Virus record (IMG/VR): IMGVR_UViG_3300044993_000765
Location: 1-64,000 of that record
Strand: one strand, 5' to 3'
Origin: a virus
Length of the DNA stretch: 64,000 nucleotides
In this document: positions 1-11,300 of the stretch, one piece after another
Position numbering within the stretch: position 1 is the first letter of the stretch
Layout of the letters: every line of letters starts with the position of its first letter
Notes under the pieces: generated by a model
Told to the model about the DNA's origin: nothing
The model's database searches: none
The model's input: only the letters and a program-made list of their open reading frames with translations
Made by a program: the position numbers and the translations under genes

Positions 1-3000
1 TCAATAGCATTGTCTTGTGAATGTATCGCATGATCGTGAGAACCTCGCAAAACCGGCATTAGGGTCAATTCTCAACTGCGGAGGCCACTTGTTTGGTATT
101 GGCGGCCCCATAACAACTTTGCCATTCTTGTATCCGATATATTCGTGAGGAGCTTCAACCTCAAGACCAGAAATCATAGCCAAATCACTGGCGAATGACC
201 TTCCGTTATATTTCGGAGCACCTGCAGTGCAGGAAAGAAGTCGAATCCTCTTGTACCTCCCTTTTATCACTCTATCCTTAATGAGATCCCACAGTTGCTG
301 TGGCGAAATCGGATTTCCATGCTCGTCTTGCACTGCGATTTTATCGGAATAACCGTGAGTGGCAATAGTAAAAGTTCCCTTCGGTGAGACATAAGCATTG
401 GACCCATTGTGCAAATCAGCATCTCTTTGCGGGTACCAATTGATTTCTGCAGCAAGTCCAAAAAAATCAAAAAAGACTAAGGGGTCTACATTCGCATACG
501 CATACGTATTTGGCCCACCTAGCAATCCGATCGGATCGCTCTGCACATACCGCCCTGTGCCCGGATCATAATCCCGGAAGTAGTTGTAATTCATGCCTGT
601 CGCAGCATCATACCGCTGCCCCGGAAACCGCATGTCGAGCACGAAGGCGATGCCATCAGCGTCGACATCTTCCTCCGGCGCGCTGTCGCCGAAGGCTTCT
701 CCGGCCAGATCCCAGCGCCAGACCGCAACATTGCGGACCGGGTCGATCACCACGCGCGGCGTGCCCAGCGCGTCGGCCTGGATGTAGTACAGCTTCTGTG
801 TCGCGCCGGCGCCGACCAACAGGCCTACCGGCAGATCATCCAGCCAGATCGCCTGCTGGATCGGCTGGCCGTTGGCGTCGTAGTCGCCGACCCACCGGCC
901 GGCCTCGTCGTAGACCGAAGTCACGGCGGTGCCGCTGCCGTAGCGATAGACCCGTTCCCCTTTGCCGTTGTAAAGATAGTTCATCGCTACGACGCCGTCG
1001 TGTTTCACCGCGCGCATGCGGTTGGCGTCGTCGTACTCGAACTCGCGCACGGCCGGCGCATCGGTTGCCGTTGCGCTCTCGGTGGTCATGATCCCCTGGG
1101 TTTCGCCGGGCGGCGGATCACCCGGCCCCGGATGACCGGGCTCGCCAGGGCCGGGATTTTCCTCCGGACAGTCAAAGCAGCCGCCGGGCGGCAGCCCCTG
1201 ATTCGCAGATCCGATCCGCGTCGTGTTGCCGGCCGCATCGTACTCACGCGGAATCCCGCCAGCACCGGCGAGCCAGTGCCTGCCAGCGACGTAGATGTAA
1301 TCCTGCAGCATGACGCCCTCAGTGCGTCGGGTGCGATTGCCGGTCGCATCGTGGTCGTAGGCGTGGAGGACGCTGTTGCTCGCACCTTCCCGGACCTGTT
1401 TCAGCCGGCTCATGCCGTCGTGGACGTATCTGCGCCGTGCCGGCTCCGCAAGATTCGCGGTATGCAGCGATTCCAGGTTGCCGACCGCGTCGAAGCGGTA
1501 CCCCATGTCGATACCGCCTGCGGCGCCATCACGGATGGACTGCGGCCGACCATTGAGATCGAAGGACCGCACGAGCTGTCGTCCATTGCCGAAGGTCCAG
1601 CCCGTCGATGCGCCGAAGGGCATGTACTGCGCCGAGTGCAGCAGGACCTGCGCGGTGCCGTTGGCCTGCGTCACCCGCAGCTCTCTCGGTCGTGCCTGTC
1701 CATCACGGACGATCCGCACCGTGCTGCCATCCGGATAGGTCATGCCGATCCACTGGTTGCCCGGTGGCGGATTCTGCAGCAGGGTGTTCTGCCCGGGCAG
1801 GCGTCCCCGGGGATCGGTGTGCAGATAGCGCAGGACATAGGTGCGCCCCTGCGTCCGCTGGAGTTTGCGAACGACATTGCCGTAACGGTCGTGGCAATAG
1901 GCCGTGTCGCCGCTGGCGTCGGTCATCCGCGACAGCCGCCCCTGGGCGAACCGCTCGCCATCGAGGCAGTCCCCCGACGCACTGTCGTAGCTGTAGGCCA
2001 CATTGCGGCTGCTGTCGGGGTACGACACCGAGGTCGGACGATTGAGCAGGTCGTAGCCGTAGGTCGCAGTGATCCCGCGCGCATCGGTCCTGCGCTCCAG
2101 ATTGCCAGCCTGATCGTAGGCGAACTTGGTCAGGCCAGTGTCCGGACTCAGTTGGTCGGTCAGGTCGCCGAAACCGTTGTACTTGTAGTCCGTGGGCTTC
2201 TGGTTCGGATCAATGACCTTCGTCAACCGGTCCATCGCGTCATACTCGAACTGCGTGAGCGCGGCCACGCCGTCCACGTCCTGCAGCGTGCTACGAAGAC
2301 GGCCGAGCGCATCGTAGTCGTGGCCGATCCGGCGCAGGAGCGCATCCGTGACCAGACTAAGATTGTCTTCCGCATCATAGCCGAGCACGGTCGCCCGCTC
2401 GTCGGCATCAATCTGGCGTTCGAGTCGGCCCAGCGTATCGAACACGCGGGTCAGCGCACGCCGCAGGGTGCCCGAAGGATCGCGGGTCTCCTCGCCGATG
2501 CGTTCGCCGGCAGCATTCAGGGTATAGACCATGCGATTGCCGGCCGCATCGCTCACGTTCGTCAGACGCTGCGCGGCGTCGTACTCGAACTGCATGAAGG
2601 CGCCATCGGATGACAAGATACGATGGACCGTGCCGGTCGGGTTGTACGCGATCCGGGTGATCCGGTCGTCCGCTTCGCTGCCGTCGTCCATGCCACGGAT
2701 CTTGCTCGCGACCACGCGGCCGCGCGGGTCGTACTCCAGATCGGTCACGACGCCGGTGACATCGCGCACCGACAACGGACGACCTGCACCGTCATAACGG
2801 AGATTTTCCACCACATGCCCGACGGCATTGATCTTCCGCCACAGATCGCCCTTGCGATATGGACACGTCGCGGGCGACGCCGCGCAGGTCGGCTCGTCGG
2901 CCATGCGATAGGTGTAGGCGACGACATCCTCGCTACCCTGACGAGGACCATCGACGGTCAGGATCAGCCCGACAATCGGGCATCTCCCGGCGCTGACATC

Positions 3001-4998
3001 GGCAGGCTCGCAGTAGGTCGTCGTGATCGCGCGGGCGTTGCCCGTCGTCGGATCGAAGGCCATGCTGTCGGTGACCTGGCCGCGCGCGTTGTACGCCCAC
3101 TTATTGCGCGCGACGATCGCACCGGTGCGGTCCCGGGTCCGCTGTTCGGTCACGCGCCCGGTGACCGGGTCGTGGACGAACTCGATACGCCGTTCTTCGG
3201 GCGTCCCGACCGCCGAGGTGATCGACGTGCGATAGGCCCCGTCGTACCCATACTCGGTCCGGACATTGCGCTTGTCGGTCTGTGACTCCAGGCGACCCTG
3301 CCCGTCGAAGGTCTGGCGCTCGGTTGCGGTGCCTTCCTGTGTCGCGAGTACCCGCCGATAGAGGCCGGGGGCGATCGTGTAGGCGCGCGTGCCGCCCTCG
3401 GCGGTGTTCATCGTCGCACTGTCTTCGGACGGATAACTGATCCTGGTCAGTTCGTTGGGCGTGCCCAGCACACGGCTGGAGGTCGCGCGCCCACGCGCAT
3501 CGTAGGCGAACGAGGCGTAACGGCGTTCGTCCTCGGCGGTGATGCCGGTCAGGTGGTGCCGCTGATTGGCGGCGCCGGCCAGACCGGGCTCGTTGTAGTG
3601 GTACTGGCGTACTGCATTGCCCGGCGTGGTGACGCGCGTCAGGTTGCGGTCGGCGTCGTAATCGTAGGCGACGGCCGTGCCGTCCGGCAGCACGATCCGG
3701 CGCAGCAGATTGCCTGCAGACTCGAACCGCAGCACCCGCCCCTGCCCGTCGGTCACGGTCGCAATCGACCGATCCGCGTGGGTGATGGTCAGATCGTTCA
3801 GCGGATCGCCGGGGTTGCGGATGGCGATCAGATAACCGTCCAGATCGAAGTCGCGCACCTCCCCGTCCGGCATGTGCTGTCGGAAGCTGATCCCGTTCGC
3901 ATTGATCCGCTCCAGCACGCGGCCGACCGAGTTTTCGCCGCGGTAGCGGTTGCCGCTCAACAGCACGTAGGATTCGTAGTTGCCGCTTTCGTCGATGTGC
4001 ACGTAAGGCGCGCTCGTCACCGGCGTGCCGATGATGCGGTCGCTCCAGGTGTGGCTCCAGCCGATCCCGAAATTGCGGTTATTGCGGAACTGCCGCAGCG
4101 AACGGTAGTGGCGGGTGAAGGTGCGGCCCGCAAAGGTGAAGTCGTCCTCGTGCCGCTGCTTCTCGCCGGTCGCCGGGTAGATCGGGTTGCGGCTGCCGGC
4201 GCAACTGCCGCACTGCCGGATCGGCACCTCGATCCAAGCGATATCGTCGTTTCGTGGCTGGCAGTGGTTGGCGGACAACAGCGTCGCGTCCGAAACCACC
4301 CCGGAGATCGGATAGAAGCCGGTCGAGCAGTACAGCGTCTTGTGCTTCTGCAGCGACCAGTTGTGGGACTTGGTGGTCCCGTTCGTGCAGTTCGCGGTCG
4401 TGGTCATGCCCTTGAAACCGAAGCTGACCGTACCGCGCGTCGATGCGGTCGTGCCGCTCAGGGAGGGATTGGCGCTGTAGTCCGTGCGCAGGCTGCTGCC
4501 GGTGATGGTGCAGCCCGGCCATTTGGTCGCGAGCGTGCGTTCGACCGAGCCGATCAGCGTCGATTCGCTGCCGCACCAGTCGCTGTAGCCGGAACTCGGG
4601 TCCGGTGCGGGCACATTGCAGTCGCCCTTGCCCTGCCCATAAATGCCCAGATCGGCATAGAACATCGGCCCGTTGACGAGATCCGCGGGGCGATTGCGCA
4701 GCCAATACTGCATGCGCAGCGTTGCAGACCCCATCTGGATGGTCTGGACGTGCTCCAACTGGCCTGCCGCGCCGTAGTAGGCGGTGCTGCTGCGGAGGGC
4801 CGCCTCGGCATCGTCGAGCGTCGAGAAGACACCGGTGGAGGTCACGTAGGTCGGTGGTGGCGTGGGGGCCACGACCTGCGCGATGGCGCCGGCGGCGATG
4901 AGCGTGACCAGAACCAAGAGGAACCGACCGCGCGGTCGGAGCCAATGCGTGATGCCACCTCGGCCCGGCGGCCGGGCGGTGCCTTGTCTTTCAGTCAT
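1..4998 (-). CDS. RHS/YD-repeat polymorphic toxin with N-terminal signal-like segment and C-terminal caspase/C80-like cysteine protease domain
   Basis: YD repeats. RHS core PGQRYDAATGMNYNYFRDYDPGTGRYVQSDPIGLLGG...DFFGL. C-terminal domain has IATHG and IRLLSC (His/Cys dyad) and visibly lower GC. Likely start is ATG 4998 (MTERQG, followed by hydrophobic FLLVLVTLIAAGAIA); the ORF track starts at 5241. Confidence 0.9.
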   Translation of the reverse strand: MTERQGTARPPGRGGITHWLRPRGRFLLVLVTLIAAGAIAQVVAPTPPPTYVTSTGVFSTLDDAEAALRSSTAYYGAAGQLEHVQTIQMGSATLRMQYWLRNRPADLVNGPMFYADLGIYGQGKGDCNVPAPDPSSGYSDWCGSESTLIGSVERTLATKWPGCTITGSSLRTDYSANPSLSGTTASTRGTVSFGFKGMTTTANCTNGTTKSHNWSLQKHKTLYCSTGFYPISGVVSDATLLSANHCQPRNDDIAWIEVPIRQCGSCAGSRNPIYPATGEKQRHEDDFTFAGRTFTRHYRSLRQFRNNRNFGIGWSHTWSDRIIGTPVTSAPYVHIDESGNYESYVLLSGNRYRGENSVGRVLERINANGISFRQHMPDGEVRDFDLDGYLIAIRNPGDPLNDLTITHADRSIATVTDGQGRVLRFESAGNLLRRIVLPDGTAVAYDYDADRNLTRVTTPGNAVRQYHYNEPGLAGAANQRHHLTGITAEDERRYASFAYDARGRATSSRVLGTPNELTRISYPSEDSATMNTAEGGTRAYTIAPGLYRRVLATQEGTATERQTFDGQGRLESQTDKRNVRTEYGYDGAYRTSITSAVGTPEERRIEFVHDPVTGRVTEQRTRDRTGAIVARNKWAYNARGQVTDSMAFDPTTGNARAITTTYCEPADVSAGRCPIVGLILTVDGPRQGSEDVVAYTYRMADEPTCAASPATCPYRKGDLWRKINAVGHVVENLRYDGAGRPLSVRDVTGVVTDLEYDPRGRVVASKIRGMDDGSEADDRITRIAYNPTGTVHRILSSDGAFMQFEYDAAQRLTNVSDAAGNRMVYTLNAAGERIGEETRDPSGTLRRALTRVFDTLGRLERQIDADERATVLGYDAEDNLSLVTDALLRRIGHDYDALGRLRSTLQDVDGVAALTQFEYDAMDRLTKVIDPNQKPTDYKYNGFGDLTDQLSPDTGLTKFAYDQAGNLERRTDARGITATYGYDLLNRPTSVSYPDSSRNVAYSYDSASGDCLDGERFAQGRLSRMTDASGDTAYCHDRYGNVVRKLQRTQGRTYVLRYLHTDPRGRLPGQNTLLQNPPPGNQWIGMTYPDGSTVRIVRDGQARPRELRVTQANGTAQVLLHSAQYMPFGASTGWTFGNGRQLVRSFDLNGRPQSIRDGAAGGIDMGYRFDAVGNLESLHTANLAEPARRRYVHDGMSRLKQVREGASNSVLHAYDHDATGNRTRRTEGVMLQDYIYVAGRHWLAGAGGIPREYDAAGNTTRIGSANQGLPPGGCFDCPEENPGPGEPGHPGPGDPPPGETQGIMTTESATATDAPAVREFEYDDANRMRAVKHDGVVAMNYLYNGKGERVYRYGSGTAVTSVYDEAGRWVGDYDANGQPIQQAIWLDDLPVGLLVGAGATQKLYYIQADALGTPRVVIDPVRNVAVWRWDLAGEAFGDSAPEEDVDADGIAFVLDMRFPGQRYDAATGMNYNYFRDYDPGTGRYVQSDPIGLLGGPNTYAYANVDPLVFFDFFGLAAEINWYPQRDADLHNGSNAYVSPKGTFTIATHGYSDKIAVQDEHGNPISPQQLWDLIKDRVIKGRYKRIRLLSCTAGAPKYNGRSFASDLAMISGLEVEAPHEYIGYKNGKVVMGPPIPNKWPPQLRIDPNAGFARFSRSCDTFTRQCY

Positions 4999-5357
4999 GA
5001 GATTGTCCCTGTTGTGCGATCGATCGGCGTGCTGCCCGCACGTCGGCCCGTGAGACGGGCTCGCGCACGCGATGCCCGCGTTCACATGAACGCGCATCGG
5101 TGTCTCTGGGATTGAGATTTGGCGTTGCCACCTGATCGACATCCTGCTGTTGAAAAATCGACAGCGAGCCGGATCGCGCGCACGCGATGGCACCTCGCCT
5201 GTCGGCGATGCCTTCCGTGACGGATTGGTGTTTGACTGCAACGCCTGCCGCCCATGGCGGCCCCTGGCTTGGGAGGATTCTAACCGCCTCCCGGCGGTGA
5301 TGGGGTACCTGTCAGAACCGACAGGGGCACCCCCGGGGGGTCCCCCTGCCCACTACC

Positions 5358-8300
5358 TCACTCGGCCGTACCGGTCCCTTCCCGGACCCGCTCGGCCAGC
5401 CTCGGATTGAGGACGATGCCGGCCTCGGCCCGTGCACTCCAGGCCAGCCGAGACGCGATGGATCGTTCTAGCGTCCCCGCCGTGATCGCCAACTCGGGGA
5501 CTTTCCGGTTCCACTCACGAATCTGCCGGACGACCTCCGCCCGGCCTTCGACATCGCCCGTTCGGGTCGCCAGTGCGTAGGCGTCCAATAGCCGCTCCCG
5601 GCGCTTGAGCAGATGCTGTTCGTACCGTTTCGCGGCGTTGTTGCGGGCGTAAGTCTCGGCGAGCTCGGAGGGGGTAAAGCCGCTTAGCTGCAACAACGTC
5701 TGGCGCAGGCTCATATCCTCGATTAGCGGGTCGCCACGCAGGGTGTTCGCGCCCTGTACCTCATAGCGCGCCGCCTTGACCATGGACTTCAGGGCACTCG
5801 GCAGCATTGTTTCGACGCCGCGCCAGGTGTGACCCTCGTCGATCAGTGCCTTGCCGGCGATGACGTTCTTGAGCACACCGCCCATCGGGCCGGCGGCCTG
5901 TTCGAGCAGGTGGTAGTACATTCCCCGCCCTTCCAGTTCGCGGTCCGCATCGCGGAACCAAAGCTGCGACAAACTGACCCGGCTGGCGACATCTGCGCCC
6001 GTAACCGTATTAACCGGTCCATTGAGCAGGACTTCGGCCGCATCGGTACCGAGCAAGTCAGTCAGAAAAGCACGCAGCTCCGTTTTCGCTTCCCATGGCT
6101 CGTCTTCGTCGCCGAAGCTTGCCGCGATGGCGTTGAGTACGCCCATGACGACACTCGCGATCGGCAAGCCGAGTGCACCTGAAAAAAGCGCACTCATGCC
6201 GAGGACGCCGGTCAGGTTACGACGCGCGATACGTCTGGTCTGCGGATCGGCGTTGCGCGTCGTCTGCCAGACCATGCGCCCAAGGTGCCATGTGGTGTTC
6301 AGCGCGTATTGCTTGAACATCAGCAACACCTTCGCGACATTGCCCTGCATCCAGCGCGCTCGGTTCTGGTTCGTGTAGTCGTAGTGAGTGTCCTGGATCG
6401 CATCGATCGCGCTCCGGACAGCTTGATCGAAGGATTGGCCTGCTTTGCGCGAAAGTCGGAACGCGGCGATACCGGTCGCCTCGCGGTTGATGAGTTCGGT
6501 AGTGTGGAAGCCCCAGCCGATGATCCGCATGGCCTCGGCCCAGGCTGGACTGAAACGCACCGCGCCGTCCTCCGCAATGCCGGCAAGACTATGCGCCTGC
6601 GTCCGGTCGATGGCGCCGGCCGCGACCAGCGCCTTGTAGGCGTCCTCCTCCTCCCTGTTCGGCAACCGCCTCTCGATATGCCCAAGCGTTCGAGCTGCGT
6701 CGCTGCCGGCGGCCAGAAGCGCATTGAACGCTTTTACCGCGCCGAAGCGAGCTGCGAGATAGGGATAGCTGATGAGCGCGGTCTGGCTGAGGTTGACCAG
6801 CGCAGAGGCGGGAGAAAGTCCCAGGTAATACACGAAGCCCGCTGAGGAGATCGCCTGTGTGATCGGGCTATCGGTCGGCTGCATGATCCATGCGTGTCTG
6901 CGCTGCAGTTCGGCAAGAATCGCATCTCCCGCCACAAGTCGGCGGGTGTCGGCGTCATCCTTGCGGCGATCGATATCCTGCTGATGCTTTAACAATTCGA
7001 GGACCGACTGCAGCTTGTGCGCATAACGCAACCGCGCCAACTGGTGGCTGCCGTGATGCATGTTCCAGGCGAATGCCCGCACGCCATCAGGGTCGAATCC
7101 GGGCACTGCATTTCGATGAATCTGATGCTTGCGCATCGACATCTCGGGCAAAGCCTGCAGATACAACTGATAAATCTCCTCCTGCGTCTTCTCGGAAACT
7201 CCCGCCTTGCTCAAATGCTCAATGATCTCGGCGACGAAAGTCCCCTGTGGCGCATCCTTTGGTCCGCTCTCGGCTTTCAGCCCCTGGGCTCGAATCGTGT
7301 AGCCCTGCCCCTGCAGGCTGGCGACAGCCCGCTCCAGATCGCTCAAACTCTCGAACATCAGGTACACAGGGACTCCGTCGCGTAGCGCCGACACGAAGTA
7401 ACGACCGAAGCGTTGCAGTGGGAAATAAACCCCCTGCAGGCGGTTACGCTCGAACTGCAGCCGGATCACTTGTTCGAGTCGCCGCTTGTGACTGGCACTG
7501 GCGTCGGTGTCGCGCATACGCGCGACCAGCGCCTCCTCGACGGCATCGGAACGTCCTGCGTAGGCATCGCGAAAAGCGATATAGATCTCCTGCGCCTCCT
7601 TCGGCAAGGCATTCCAGCGGGCCACCAACTCCGGATATGCAGCCCGGCGTCGCTTTTCTCGCGCAGGCATACCGCGCAGAATCTTCGCCTCCTGCATCAT
7701 GTCGATCTTGCTGTCTCCACTGCGTTCGCGCATTTGCTGCCTAATGGCTCTCAGCGCCTCACGGATGGACTTCGGTGTGACCTCATGCAGCTTGCCTCCG
7801 AATCGGAACTGCAGCGGTGTATACGCCTTGGCAGGATCGACACCGGCGATCGTCGCCGCGTGCATCAGCCGGAACAGCTCACGGGCCTGCATGCGGTGCT
7901 TCGATACCCAGCGGCGCGCATCTTCGGCGAGGGTGTCGGCCTCACTCTGCATCTGGTTGCGATCGGCGCTCATCCGCGCGAGATAGTCGTTGTAGAACCG
8001 GATGTGCTCGAAATAGTCGCCGCCGAGTTCACCCAGATGGCGGGTGGTCAACAATCCCAACCAGGCGCTGCGGCTCGCGTCCTTGAACTTGGCTGGCGTG
8101 ATGTCCTTGAGCCACGCCTTGGCACGATCCTTCAAGGCGGTCTGCTCGGGCGCGGGATCGAGGATCGCATCCAGATCATCCAAGACAGCGTTCGGCGTGC
8201 GCTTGCTGAACAGAGGCAAGCCCTCCTCAACCGCTGCACGAACGGCCGGCGTGATGTCGAAGGCATGTACCTCCAACGCATGTGCCCGGAAGCGCGGCCG

Positions 8301-11300
8301 GATCTCCGCAGTTGTGACCCGCCCGCCCAGCGGACGCGCCCAGCGGTTGACCACCGCCGGGAGGATGCCGTCGTAGTAGCCGCCCATGCCGGCATCGCCC
8401 AGGTGGAGCGAGAGCGCATCCAGACGCCGCAGAGGCGTGCCACGCGAGCTGCCGCGCGGGGATAGGTCGCCCTCGCCCGCGCGGACGCGCGCGGCCACCT
8501 TGGCACCCAGCAGCGAGGACAGCAGGTTCGCCGGCACCTCCATTTCCCGCACCACGTCGCCCTGCTTCAAGCCAGCGACGCGGAACGCGCCCGAAGGCAT
8601 GGGCATATAGTCGATGGCATCGACCTGTTCGCCCCGCGAATAGCGCGAGGTCTGCTGCGCGCCGGTCGTCCAGCCGATGCGCTGGAAGCCACGTTCGGCC
8701 GCCATCCGCACCATGCGTTTGATCGCAAGCAACGTCCAGTCTTCGGTGGACTTGAAAGGCGCGTCAGGTGCGACGTTGCGATCGGCGCTTGGACGATACC
8801 CGTAGCGCCGGCCGTGCTGGTGCCAATCGGACTGGATCTCCTCAATGAACAGCATGCGCTTGCCGTCCACGTCCTCGCGCTCGTTGTAGCGGATGTGGAC
8901 AAGGACATTCTTTACAGAGGGGTAGTGTTCGCTATGGAAAGGTTCGTCGGGGTTGCGGCTCGATGGCTGCACCGGAAAAGTCAGGAGCAGTTCGCGGTAC
9001 TCGCGCCCGCCTTCCATCTGGTAGCTCGCGTATCGGCCTTCCGCAGAAACGAATGGCGCAGTTGTTTCTATGCCCGCCGAAAGGGTTTCAAGATCGTGCC
9101 TCTGCGATTCGGTCAGTGTGCGCTCATCGACTTCCTGGCCGTCACGCATGAGAGCAACGCCATACGACGGAAGCGTTTCGATCTCGAACCCCGCTGCCTG
9201 CAATCGATCCAGCGCCGCGTCGTAGCGGGCGACATCTCCGCCGATTTGCTGTTCGCCGATCCGCACCTGATGGGTGCGCACGAAGTCGGTCAGCGCCTCG
9301 CGTGTGATCCGCGCTTCTCCGGTTACGCTTTCCCGTGTAGTCAGCCAAACATCGACATCGAGCCAGTCGCGTTCCGCCTGCTTGAATCCACCGCGCCGCT
9401 GTACGCCATCCAGCCATTGTTGCCACTGCTCAGCGGTTCCCCGCCGCGGTGCGCCTTGGGCGCGCTCCAGCGCCTGCAACAATGCCGAGCGAAAGCCCTC
9501 CACGCGCGAAAACGCTGGTGCCATCGACTCTTTGAGTGACAAGGCACGCTCGCTGCCGCCCAGCCGAACCTGCCTCGCGGCACGCATGACCAACTGACGA
9601 AGCTCAGCCTCCGAGAGCGTCCAGCGCACGCCGAGCTTGCGCAGGAACGCGCGCACGGCCGCGACGACACGATCAAGCACGGAATCCTTCACACCTCTCT
9701 CGGCCAGAATCGCGATGAACTCGGCAATGGCCGTACTGTCCCAGCCGTTATCCAGGTAGCCACGCCGCGCGTGCTCGGCGAACAGGTCGCGATAGCGCCC
9801 CTTCTCTCGCAGACGATGGACGCCTTCGGCGATCTGCGCCCACTGCGCCGGCCCGACGATGGTTTCGATGCCGTAGTGACCGATGGCCTCGTGGATCAGC
9901 ACACGCTGGACGGCACGCCGGTTCGGCAGCGCACTGGCCACCAGATAAACAGTGCCCGTGCTGCGCGCGTAATAGCCTTCGGCGAGGTGAACATCCGGCG
10001 CGCGCCGCGCTGAAGCCGGCAGATAGTCTGGGGTTGCGACGACACGCACCACGGGCGCCCCCTTCCAGTCCACCAGCATCTCGTCCACGACCCGCTGCAC
10101 CTGGGCAACGCTCGCGCCAGCAGCGGCTGGGTTGCGGCGTTTGCTGAAAGCTCCGGCGTCATCGTCCCGCTGCTGCTGGTAGTCCAGCAGCTCGTCCAGC
10201 GCATCGCTGAACCCAGCCTCGCGCAGCGCCGAGCGCTGCGCCTCCAGCGCCGCATCGAGCATAGGCCGCTCATGCTCGGGAATCTCCGGCCCGCGCACCA
10301 GCAACAGCCGCTGCACGCGACGATACTGCTCGCGTGCCTCGCGCAACGCCTGTGTCTGCTCGAAAGGCTTGGCGGCTTCGGCCCTGAAGCGTTCGGCCTC
10401 GCCTCGGGCGTTCTCAATACGGGCTTCGGTATCTACGATTTCCGCGCCGATCCGGTCGATATAGTTGTTCAGCCGAGTCAGCAGGCCGGTGGCCGAAAAG
10501 GTCTGCGCACCACGCTCGTAGCTCGTGACCTCGCCCAGATCGGACGACACGCGCACCCATTGGGCATGCACACGATCAATCTCGAAGGTCACGCCGCGAT
10601 AGGCGAGTTCCACCGGACTTGCTGCGTCGCTCGGACCGATCAGCGCGCCAACGCGCCGGGCAATAGTCTGAGTCAGCGCCTTGCGCTCCCCGAACCGGGC
10701 ACCGTCCAGCGTAGTACCGCCGGGCACCGCCTCCTTGTCCTCGGGCAAGGGGTGTTGCTTGACTTGGGCTTGCACCTCGCGCAATGCCTTCAGGTAACGC
10801 GGGCCACCCATCGCGGCGTACTGCTCGGCCGTGCGCGCCTGCCGTTGCAGGGCCGTCTGGTTATCGGCGTGCGCCAACTCCAACTGTTCCAGTCGGCGCA
10901 CGTCATGGCGCAACTGGGTCTCGCGCAGGATCAGCGGGTCTCCCGACGCGGCGGCCTTCATTTCGGCTGCATTCGCCGCCTCGCCGTCGATGTCCTCGAT
11001 TTCGGTCTGTTGGCCGTCGTATTTGCGCAACTGCTCGATGCCGCGCGCCTTGTGTTCCAATAATTGCCAGCGCCGGGTGTCGTAGGTCTGGCGGGTCGCG
11101 TAGCGATAGATCGCCACCTCAAACCCGTCCGGGTCGCGCTCGTAGAGCTGGTTGCCGCGTCGGATCGCTCGGCCTTCGCGCTGTTCCAGATCGCTCGGCT
11201 TCCACGGGGCATCGATGTGGTGCAGGCCGACGATGCGATCCTGCACGTTGGTGCCGGCTCCCATCTTTGCGGTCGAACCGAACAGGAACCGCACCTCGCC

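Noticed and set aside
5280-5357. Hairpins and G/C runs between the RHS and DarB-like genes as an att site
   Set aside because: No matching direct repeat, tRNA or integrase was found in the window.
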